Source: a bacterium (GTDB taxonomy: Bacteria > JADJOY01). From it: a DNA stretch of 57,109 bases. Under the pieces are notes generated by a model, which was not told the origin of the DNA, did no database searches, and saw only the letters and a program-made list of their open reading frames with translations. The stretch spans positions 1 to 57,109 of the forward strand of contig JAXLQJ010000048.1 of NCBI GenBank assembly GCA_046331705.1, written 5' to 3'. The translations under genes were made by a program, and so were the position numbers. Below are positions 8,187 through 16,222 of this stretch, piece after piece; position 1 is the stretch's first letter; each line of letters opens with the position of its first letter.

Positions 8187-10832
8187 TCACGACCCGGCGG
8201 CGCCAGGGCCGGCGAGAATCCGCAGGTCCTCGGGAGTGATGCCGTAGAGCGCGAGCGAGCGCGCTTCGAGGTCCGCCTCCCAGCCCGCGCGCCGCGACAC
8301 CGCCTCGTCGATCTCGGCGTGCAGCCGGTCGAGCACCGCCAGCAAGAGCTTCGCCTCGGCCTCGGTGCGCGGCACCTGGAACATCCGCTCGATCTCGACT
8401 CCGCTGTGCCCCACCAGCCGGCGGACCTCCGTCTCGAGCAGCGCGTGGATCAGCCGCGCAACCTCCGGCGAGCGAGCGGTGAGCACCAAGTCGTCGCCGA
8501 TGCGCACCTCGTTCTCCTCGCGCACCAGCGGCCCCGCCACCTCGAGCACCGGCGGCACCCGATGGGAGAGCAGCGTTCCGGTGGCATCGCGCAACGGTAC
8601 GCGGCGCACCCACGCCTCCTGCGCCAGACGATCGATCGAGGCGAGACGTTCCATCGCCTTCTGGATCGACTGGTTCGCGCGCTCGATGCCGTCGAGCGCC
8701 GCGAGCCAGCCCGGCTGCTGTGCGCGCGGCGGCAGCCGGATCGGCACCTTCGCCAGCGCGTCGCCCAGGCGGCGTTCCGGTGGCGCGCCCTGGTGGTGCA
8801 CGTAGACGCTCGCCCAGCTCGCGTTGAGCAAGCCCACCACCAGCCGCGGATCGTCGCCCGCTCCCAGTCGCGGCACCAGCCGGACCACGGCGCCCACCGG
8901 CTCGAAACCCGTCGCGTCCCAGGCCGCGTAGAGCCGGCCTCGATCCCAGCGCACCAGGATCGCCGGCGGCTGACCATCGGCGGGCTCGGCGGCGTGCTCG
9001 GCGCTGGGCGGTACCCACCATTTGTCGGACCAGCAGATCCAGAAGCGGCCGAGGTCGCGCCCCGGTCCGATCGCCCGCCGTGCCAGCGGATCGCGCGGAA
9101 CCGTGGTGCCGAGCACCACCTCGTCCGCGGGATGTCCTTCCTCGAGCTCCGCGATCTCGCTGAGCGGACGCGCGCCCGACTGGAGCCGCTCGACGACTCC
9201 CTCCACCACGGGATCGAACCCGAAATCGGGCTTGCCGCCGCGCCCCCACAGCACGCGAGCCAGCGGTGCTGCGATCGCCTTGAACGGTCGCGCCTCGAGC
9301 TGATCGAGGCTCGTGAGCCCGCGCACCAGGTGGATCGCCGTCATGCCGTCGGCCTCTTCCGGCACGACGCCATCGCTCCGCTTGACCAACATGCGCGCGT
9401 CGGCGGGCGCGCCTGGGATGCCGGCGAGCTCGAACAGGAACGTGCCCCCCGGGGCGGCCGCGAAACGCGTGAGCAGCGCGCGCGGTGTCTCGCGCTCGCC
9501 CAGGAGCACGACCGTCGCGATTCGGCCGTGGGGGACCTCGTTCCACGCCGGGGCCTCGAACGGCGCCGGCTCGACCACCACGACGTCGCAGGCGGGTGTC
9601 TGGTCGTTGAGCAACCCGAGCGTCGACGGCGGCGCCATGCCGAGCAGCGCCGCTTCCAGGCGCAGCTCGCTCAGCACCGTGCGACCGAGGGAACGCACGT
9701 GCCATGCGCTCGGCAACCGCGCACTGCCGCGATGGGCGGCGCTCATCACCATTGACGCGGCGCCTGCGCCGGTGGCCGCGACCCAGAGCGCGTCGCGCAC
9801 GCCCTCGGGCAGGACGCGGGCGAGCGCCGGGCCCCAGAAGCCGCCCTGGGAGCCGGCCTCGCCGCGCGCGAGCTCGCGGACCTCGCCCAGGTCGAGCTCT
9901 CCGATGCGGTACGCGGCGAGCAGCCGGCGCACGGTGTCGTGCGTCGAGTCCTCGGGTAAATACCAATCGAACACGCCGCCGCCGTAGAGCGACGGATCCT
10001 GCCGTCGTAGCCGCTCCACCGAGCGCATCGCCGCCCCACCCTTGCCGTCCGGAAAGGCGGGCGCCCCCTCGCGACGATCGCGCGTCTCGAGCACCAGCGA
10101 GGTGATCATGCGAAGCGCGGCGACCCGCGCGGTCATCGCCAGGTAGAGCAGCAACCCGTTCTCGGCGGACGTCGCCCAGCGCCGGTAGCCGTCCTTCACG
10201 CGCTTGGCCGTCTCCTCCTGGCCCGCGGGCGGCGACGCGCGCTCGAGCAACGATTGCATCAGCGCACCGAAGCGCGACTTGAGCTCGAAGCTCACCAACG
10301 AGGGAACCACCAGCAGATGCCGTCCCAGCGCCGCCTTGATCTCCGGCAGCCTCGGGTCGAGCAGCTCGGGCGGCGCCTGGCCGCGCAGGCGGCACTGGAC
10401 GGACTCGTCCAGCATCGCGATCTCGCGCAACACGCTGGCGCGCGCCCGCGCCTCGTCCGGCGGCCACGCGGTCAGCCGTACCGGCGTCTTGCCGCGCATC
10501 TCCCAGACCTCGAGCTCGCGGCCGTCCGCCAGGATGCCGAGCGGCGTCTTGGCCTGGCGCATCAGGCTGTTGTGCAGCACCGGGCGGGCGTGGACCAGCC
10601 CGCTGCTCGAGCGCTTGCGGCAGCCCACGCTGATGAGCGGCTCGCCGGCGCGGTCCCGAACCAAGAGATCGGCGCCGGGATCTCCCGCCGGATGATCGAC
10701 GATCAGGTTGTCCGGGTGGCCGAGGCGATTGAGCAGCGGCACCACCACGCGATCACGCAGCTCCTCCGGCGGGATCGCCTCCTGGCAGAGGATGAGCTCG
10801 AGATCCCGAAGAAGGCTGTCCGACTCCGCCAT
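8187..10832 (-). CDS. Type IIG (Eco57I/TaqI-C-like) restriction-modification-like protein with apparently inactivated motifs
   Basis: Colinear remnants: HSDR_N-like N terminus (EELRDRVVVPLLNRLG, ADLLV...PLISVGCRK, GILADGRE), LYGGGVFDWY, DVVVVEPAPF at the NPPY position, GRDLGRFWICWS, VGLLNAS, C-terminal LYGITPEDLRIL; ATG at 10832 (alternative GTG 10895). Confidence 0.6.
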   Translation of the reverse strand: MAESDSLLRDLELILCQEAIPPEELRDRVVVPLLNRLGHPDNLIVDHPAGDPGADLLVRDRAGEPLISVGCRKRSSSGLVHARPVLHNSLMRQAKTPLGILADGRELEVWEMRGKTPVRLTAWPPDEARARASVLREIAMLDESVQCRLRGQAPPELLDPRLPEIKAALGRHLLVVPSLVSFELKSRFGALMQSLLERASPPAGQEETAKRVKDGYRRWATSAENGLLLYLAMTARVAALRMITSLVLETRDRREGAPAFPDGKGGAAMRSVERLRRQDPSLYGGGVFDWYLPEDSTHDTVRRLLAAYRIGELDLGEVRELARGEAGSQGGFWGPALARVLPEGVRDALWVAATGAGAASMVMSAAHRGSARLPSAWHVRSLGRTVLSELRLEAALLGMAPPSTLGLLNDQTPACDVVVVEPAPFEAPAWNEVPHGRIATVVLLGERETPRALLTRFAAAPGGTFLFELAGIPGAPADARMLVKRSDGVVPEEADGMTAIHLVRGLTSLDQLEARPFKAIAAPLARVLWGRGGKPDFGFDPVVEGVVERLQSGARPLSEIAELEEGHPADEVVLGTTVPRDPLARRAIGPGRDLGRFWICWSDKWWVPPSAEHAAEPADGQPPAILVRWDRGRLYAAWDATGFEPVGAVVRLVPRLGAGDDPRLVVGLLNASWASVYVHHQGAPPERRLGDALAKVPIRLPPRAQQPGWLAALDGIERANQSIQKAMERLASIDRLAQEAWVRRVPLRDATGTLLSHRVPPVLEVAGPLVREENEVRIGDDLVLTARSPEVARLIHALLETEVRRLVGHSGVEIERMFQVPRTEAEAKLLLAVLDRLHAEIDEAVSRRAGWEADLEARSLALYGITPEDLRILAGPGAAGS

Positions 10833-10925
10833 GAGGTGGCGCGATCCGAGGATTCCGTGACGAGGTGGTGAAGCGAGCGAAGCCGCGCGCGGCACACGAC
10901 GCGCTCGAATGCGCCGCTGAACGCC

Positions 10926-11014
10926 GAGCCGCGGAAGGGTACTCGAACGGTCTCCGCCGCTTCAAATGATCCGCGCCGCCTTGTGCCGCCGTGCCGGATC
11001 GCCCACCCGGCTCG
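10926..11014. repeat. 89-bp direct repeat, copy 1
   Basis: gagccgcggaagggtactcg...gcccacccggctcg; 88/89 identical to 12287..12375. Confidence 0.95.
10936..10965 (-). promoter_or_regulatory. Putative sigma70-like promoter for the RM-like gene
   Basis: Minus strand TTGAAG-N18-TACCCT, about 100 bp upstream of ATG 10832; lies inside the direct repeat. Confidence 0.4.
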
Positions 11015-11076
11015 AAGACCGGGGTGAAAGCGTCCGCTTTCGGCGTTCGGGAGGTAGAGGGCGGTCCCCAAGGGGG

Positions 11077-12281
11077 ATGCTGCCGATGCTCTACGGTCCG
11101 ACCGCGCTGGAGCGGGCGATGCGGATTCGTGAGGTGATGCTTCGAGCGATGGCGAGATCAATTGATCCAGGCGAGCGACATCCTGGGCATGGATCCACGG
11201 TCTCGCGGCCGGTGGAAGGCGCGCTTCGAGAGCCACGGTTACGACGGCTTGCTCGACCGTCGCCGAGGTCGGCTCCTCGGCCGCCGCACACCCGCGGCGG
11301 AGCTCGAGCGCGTGCCGCGGCTGTACCGGCGACACCTACACCGGCTTCAACGTCCGCCACTTTCACCAGATCGCGCAGCGAGAGCATGCGGTGACGCTTT
11401 CGTACACGACGGTGAAGACGGCGCTGCAGGCGGCTGGCCTGGCACGCCGACGGCGGTCGCGGGGCGGCACCGTCGTCGCCGCGAGCCGAAGGCCTGCCGG
11501 GCGATGCTGCACCTCGATGGCAGCCCCCACGCATGGCTGGCGCTGTGCCCCGACGAGAAGCAGACCCTGATCGCCCTGGTCGACGATGCCACCAGCGAGC
11601 TGCTCTACGGTCGGATCGAGGAAAGCGAGAGCACGGACACGGTCATGGCGGGGTTAAAGGCGGTGTTTGAGCAAGAGGGTCTGCCGATGACGCTCTATAC
11701 GGACTGCGCGAGCTGGGCGGCGATCACGCGTCGTGTCGGCGAGGCGCCCGATCCGATCCGGAGATGCGGACGCAGGTCGGCCGCGCGTTGGATCGCTTGG
11801 GGATCGAGCACATCCGGGCGCGCTTCCCAGGCGCGAGGCCGGAAGTGAACGAGTGAACCGGACGTTGCAGGACCGCCTGGTCAACGAGCTACGGGTGGCC
11901 GGGATCCGCACCGTGGTCGACGCCAACCGCTACCTCGAGGAGCGAGCCTGTCCGAGTACAACCGATTGTTTGCGCGCCCGGCTCGGGACCCCGCGTCGGC
12001 CTTCGTGGGGCTGGGGGCGTGGACCTGAATCAGGTGCTGTGTCACGAACACGAACGGGTCGTGGCAAGGACAACACCGTGGTCCTGGAGAAGGCGCGGCT
12101 GCAGATCGCCAAGCAGCGGGCGTCGCAGCTGCGAAGGGATGCGGGTCCTCGTGCGGCGGCACTTGGACGCCAGTCACACGGTGTGGCGAGCCGAGCAATG
12201 CCCTCGGACGGTTCGACCGTGACGGCAACCTCTACCCCTGTTCCGCGCACCGACCCCTCGGGGGTCGGTGAGGCCGCCTGA
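11077..12281 (+). pseudogene. Frameshifted IS1202/ISNCY-type DDE transposase
   Basis: Fragments spread over all three frames: ERAMRIREVMLRAM, GYDGLLDRRRG, YTGFNVRHFH, HRRRREPK, MLHLDGSPHAW, VDDATS, LYTD, TQVGRALDRLGIEHI, ERVNRTLQDRLVNELR. Confidence 0.88.
12248..12270. other. Perfect GC hairpin near the 3' end of the IS remnant
   Basis: caccgacccc-tcg-ggggtcggtg (10-bp stem). Confidence 0.6.
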
Positions 12282-12286
12282 GATCT

Positions 12287-12375
12287 GAGCCGCGGAAGGG
12301 TACTCGAACGGTCTCCGCCGCTTCAAATGATCCGCGCCGCCGTGTGCCGCCGTGCCGGATCGCCCACCCGGCTCG
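12287..12375. repeat. 89-bp direct repeat, copy 2
   Basis: One mismatch relative to 10926..11014. Confidence 0.95.
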
Positions 12376-12554
12376 GCGTCCGCGCGGCAGCATTGGCTCG
12401 ACCACCGGCTCGGCGGCGCGCGCCCGCGCACCACCGCGACGGGCTGCGCAGCGTCGACGGTGGCAAATCAACACGGGGACGAATCGTCAACGCGGACTGC
12501 GCGCTGCTGCCCGGAGACCGCCGAAGATCGTTCAGGAATCTCGCGCGGCGGCGT

Positions 12555-12570
12555 CGGCATTCGCATTGCT
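12555..12570 (+). promoter_or_regulatory. Putative sigma54 (-24/-12) promoter of the cytochrome operon
   Basis: CGGCATTCGCATTGCT: GG-N10-GC with GGCA and TTGCT, about 70 bp upstream of the first gene. Confidence 0.6.
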
Positions 12571-12642
12571 CAAGGTCGCCTTGGCGGAGCCCCTGCTCCG
12601 CCAAGGTGCGGGCGAATGCGCGATGCGATCGAGGTGGCGGGG

Positions 12643-13608
12643 ATGGCGGTCGGGATGACTGCTGACGCCGCGCGTGGCGCGCGTGTCCTGGAGCACCGCG
12701 GCGCGAAGCGGGCGCGTGCGGCGGGGCGCGCGCCGACCCGGCGCGGGCTCACGATCTCCTCGCTGCTGCCGCTCGGTGCCTTGGCGGCCGCCACGATCCC
12801 GGTGGCGATCGAATGCCACCTGGAGATGACCGCTCCCGAGCGCAGTGCCTACGCTTGGCTGCAACGCACCGGGTTCGTCGCCGAGGGCCCCATCGCGTAC
12901 GAGCCAGGGCACGGCTTCGGCCTGCTGCTCGGCATCGCCGGCTCGATCGCGATGGTGGTGCTCACCGGCTACTCGGTGCGCAAGCGCGTGCCTCGTCTCG
13001 CGCGGCTCGGGAAGCTGCCGCGCTGGCTGGACGTTCACGTGGCCCTCGGCCTCGCGGGGCCGATGCTGGTGCTCTTCCACACCGCCGGACGACTGGGCGG
13101 GATCATCTCGGTGGCGTTCTGGTCGATGGTGGTGGTGGTCCTGAGCGGCGTCCTGGGAAGGTACGTCTACGCGCAGGTGCCGCGCACCATCGCCGGCCGG
13201 GAGCAGAGTCTCGCCGAGCTCGACCAGGAGATCGCGGCGCTCGAGAGCGAGCTTCCCGAGCTGGCGGCGGCCCGCGCGTCGCGCGGCTGGGCCCGGCACG
13301 GCGCGCAAGCCGACGCGCGCGGCGCGCTGGCGTGGGCGGCGCGTTGGATCGACATCGGGCGCGCCGGCAGGCGCGAGCGGCGCGAGCTCGAGCGCTGGCT
13401 CGCCGAGCGCGGCCTCGATCGCGGCGAGCGCCACGCGGTGCTCGCACGCGTGCAACGCATGAACGAGGTCGAGCGGCAGGTCGTGATGCTCGAGTCCACC
13501 CGTCGCGTGGTGGCGCGCTGGCACGCGCTGCACGTGCCGCTCGTGGGCCTGCTCTACGCCATTCTCGCGATCCACGTCGCCGTGATGGTGCTGTTCCACG
13601 CGCGCTAG
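12643..13608 (+). CDS. Inner-membrane protein, ferric-reductase-like/diheme cytochrome b type
   Basis: About 5 hydrophobic helices; two H-x13-H pairs (HVALGLAGPMLVLFH, HVPLVGLLYAILAIH); YSVRKR, SGVLGRYVY; start uncertain (12643 follows GAGGT; 12655 possible). Confidence 0.75.
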   Translation: MAVGMTADAARGARVLEHRGAKRARAAGRAPTRRGLTISSLLPLGALAAATIPVAIECHLEMTAPERSAYAWLQRTGFVAEGPIAYEPGHGFGLLLGIAGSIAMVVLTGYSVRKRVPRLARLGKLPRWLDVHVALGLAGPMLVLFHTAGRLGGIISVAFWSMVVVVLSGVLGRYVYAQVPRTIAGREQSLAELDQEIAALESELPELAAARASRGWARHGAQADARGALAWAARWIDIGRAGRRERRELERWLAERGLDRGERHAVLARVQRMNEVERQVVMLESTRRVVARWHALHVPLVGLLYAILAIHVAVMVLFHAR

Positions 13609-16182
13609 ATGAGATCGAACGCCGTGCGCCAAGCCCGACTCGCGGGCGATCGTCCGCGGCCGCGAGCGCTCCCCGCCGGGACGTCCAGCGTGCCGGGCGT
13701 CGACTCGTGGGCACCGGCGCGGACGAGCGCAAGCCCGTCGCTGCGCCGGCGCGCGGCAGCGCTGGCGTGCTTCGCGATCGCGCTCGTCGTGGGCATCGCC
13801 GGCGCGGCGCCGGCCGCGCGGGCCCAGGGCCTGAGCGAGTTGGTGAGCCCAGGGCCGCTCAGCCAACCGCACCACGAGCTGGATCGCCTCGACAAATGCG
13901 GCGCCTGTCACGCGATGGGCAAAGGCGTTCCCGACGAGCGCTGCCTCGCCTGCCACGAAGCGCTCGCCAAGCGCATCGAAGCGAAGCGTGGCCTGCACGC
14001 GCGCGTCGAAGGCCGTTGCATCGACTGCCATCACGACCACAAGGGCAGCGCCTTCGACATGGTCCAGCTCGACGTGCGCCGCTTCGATCACACCCGCACC
14101 GGCTGGAACCTCGAAGGTCGCCACCAGAAGACACCCTGCGCCCGCTGCCACACCGCGAAGGTCGCGCGCGAGCTCGGCATCCGCGGCGAGACCTACCTGG
14201 GTCTCGAGACCGCGTGCACGAGCTGCCACGAAGACGTCCATCGCGGTCAGTTCGTCGACGCGAGCGGCAAGTCGCCCGCGTGCACGAGCTGCCACTCGCT
14301 CGACGGCTGGAAGCCCGCGCGCATCGACCACGACCGCACCCGCTTCCCGCTCGCGGACAAGCACGCGGGTGTCGCGTGCGCGAAATGCCATGCGAACGGC
14401 CGTTTCAAGGACACACCACTCGAATGCGCGTCCTGCCACAAGGACCCGCACAAAGGTCAGTTCAGGGACACACGCGGCGAGGCGCAAGCGTGCAGCGCCT
14501 GCCACAACGCCGCGAGCTGGAAATCGACGCGGGTCGACCACGACCGCACTCGCTTCCCGCTCACGGGCAAGCACGTCGCCGTGACCTGTGCGAAGTGCCA
14601 CGCGAACGGTCGCTTCGAAGGCACGCCGCTCGATTGCGCGAGCTGCCACGTCGATCCCCACAAGGGCCAGTTCCGCACCGCATCCGGCGCCCTCGAGGGC
14701 TGCGCCAACTGCCACGACGCCACGAGCTGGACGCGCGAGAAGATCGATCACGCGCGCACCCGCTTCCCGCTCACCGGCGGCCACGCCGACGTGGCGTGCG
14801 CCAAGTGCCACGCCCAGGGTCGCTTCAAGGACACCCCGCTCGCGTGCGCGTCGTGCCACAGCGATCCGCACCAAGGGCAGTTCAAGGACGCGCGCGGCGC
14901 GCCGCAAGCGTGCAGCTCGTGCCACGACGACCTGTCGTGGAAGACCACGCGCATCGATCACGCCACCACGCGCTTCCCGCTGGCCGGCAAGCATGCCGAG
15001 GTGGCGTGCGCCAAATGCCACGCCGAGGGCCGCTTCGCCGGCGCGCCGCTCGATTGCGCGAGCTGCCACGAGGACCGCCACCAGGGCCAGTTCCGCGAAG
15101 TGAACGGCGCGCTCACGCCGTGCTCCGCTTGCCACGGCGACAGCGGCTGGAAGCCGGCGCGCATCGATCACGCCAAGTCGCGCTTCCCGCTCACCGGCAA
15201 GCACGTCGACGTGACATGCGCCAAGTGCCACGGCGACGGCCGCTTCCGGCCGCTCGCCACCGCTTGCGTCTCCTGTCACAAGGACCCGCACCAGGGCGGG
15301 CAAGGCAACGACTGCACGACGTGCCACTCGACCTCGTCGTGGAAATCGCTGACCCAGGGCGCCCACACCGAGCGATTCCCGCTGACCGGTGTGCACGCGG
15401 CCACGCCGTGTGCCTCGTGCCACGTGAAGGCGGCGCAATTCGTCGAGCACGATCCGGCGTGGGGCGATCCGGAGAGCTGTGTCGGTTGCCACGCCGATCC
15501 GCACCGCGGTCAGTTCGACGCCACCTGCGCCGAGTGCCATTCCACGTCGGCCTGGCAGCCGATTCGTTTCCGCCACGAGAACACCGCGTTCCCGCTCGTG
15601 GGGGCCCATCGCGCCGTGGACTGCGCGAGCTGCCACGCGAGCCGCGACTACCGCGACACGCCCACCGCCTGCGTCGCCTGCCACGAGCGCGACTTCGCCG
15701 GTGCCGCCCGCTTCGACCACCGCGCGACGGCATCGATCGATTGCCAGGACTGCCATGGCGAGACCGCCTGGCTACCGGCACGCGTTCGACACGACTCGTT
15801 CCCGCTGAGCGGCGGCCACGCGGCGCCGACCTGCGAGGACTGCCACAAGACCAAGCCGTTCGGTCCGATCGACGCGAGCTGTGTCTCGTGTCACCTGGCC
15901 GATTTCACGCGCGCGCCTCGGCACGTGGCGCTCGGGCTGCCGCCTTCGCTCTGCGACCAATGCCATCGCATCACCACGTTCGCTCGCCACGAGGCGTCGC
16001 TGCCGATCGATTGCTTCACCTGCCACCGCAACGACTACCTCGGCACGCGCGATCCCAATCACGTGGCGGAGGGGATCTCCACCGACTGCGCCGAATGCCA
16101 CTCGACCGTGACCTGGGACGACGCGAGGGGCGACCGGCGCGCGCGGGTTCGAAACCGCTCCGGACACGGCGGGAAGCACTGA
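13609..16182 (+). CDS. 32-heme c-type cytochrome (c7/c3-like triheme repeats), exported
   Basis: 32 CxxCH counted; signal peptide ending ARA-Q; repeated DH..TRFPL.G.H..V.CAKCH; true start may lie downstream of 13609. Confidence 0.95.
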   Translation: MRSNAVRQARLAGDRPRPRALPAGTSSVPGVDSWAPARTSASPSLRRRAAALACFAIALVVGIAGAAPAARAQGLSELVSPGPLSQPHHELDRLDKCGACHAMGKGVPDERCLACHEALAKRIEAKRGLHARVEGRCIDCHHDHKGSAFDMVQLDVRRFDHTRTGWNLEGRHQKTPCARCHTAKVARELGIRGETYLGLETACTSCHEDVHRGQFVDASGKSPACTSCHSLDGWKPARIDHDRTRFPLADKHAGVACAKCHANGRFKDTPLECASCHKDPHKGQFRDTRGEAQACSACHNAASWKSTRVDHDRTRFPLTGKHVAVTCAKCHANGRFEGTPLDCASCHVDPHKGQFRTASGALEGCANCHDATSWTREKIDHARTRFPLTGGHADVACAKCHAQGRFKDTPLACASCHSDPHQGQFKDARGAPQACSSCHDDLSWKTTRIDHATTRFPLAGKHAEVACAKCHAEGRFAGAPLDCASCHEDRHQGQFREVNGALTPCSACHGDSGWKPARIDHAKSRFPLTGKHVDVTCAKCHGDGRFRPLATACVSCHKDPHQGGQGNDCTTCHSTSSWKSLTQGAHTERFPLTGVHAATPCASCHVKAAQFVEHDPAWGDPESCVGCHADPHRGQFDATCAECHSTSAWQPIRFRHENTAFPLVGAHRAVDCASCHASRDYRDTPTACVACHERDFAGAARFDHRATASIDCQDCHGETAWLPARVRHDSFPLSGGHAAPTCEDCHKTKPFGPIDASCVSCHLADFTRAPRHVALGLPPSLCDQCHRITTFARHEASLPIDCFTCHRNDYLGTRDPNHVAEGISTDCAECHSTVTWDDARGDRRARVRNRSGHGGKH
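14215..15264 (+). repeat. Five tandem 210-bp (70-aa, triheme) coding repeats
   Basis: CAKCH codons begin at 14377, 14587, 14797, 15007, 15217. Confidence 0.9.
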
Positions 16183-16222
16183 TCGCGAGCGCACCGTCAT
16201 GCGACGCAACGAGAGGCGAGCC

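Noticed and set aside
10926-11014. 89-bp repeat as a tRNA fragment or att site
   Set aside because: Contains a tcgaa-like string but no cloverleaf, no match to the tRNA-His 3' end and no integrase nearby
11077-12281. Programmed frameshifting giving an active transposase
   Set aside because: Too many frame changes, no slippery sequence seen and no intact terminal inverted repeats
12532-15756. 1074-aa minus-strand ORF (also 16016..17839 on the minus strand)
   Set aside because: Antisense shadows of the repetitive cytochrome genes in high-GC DNA; no independent motifs
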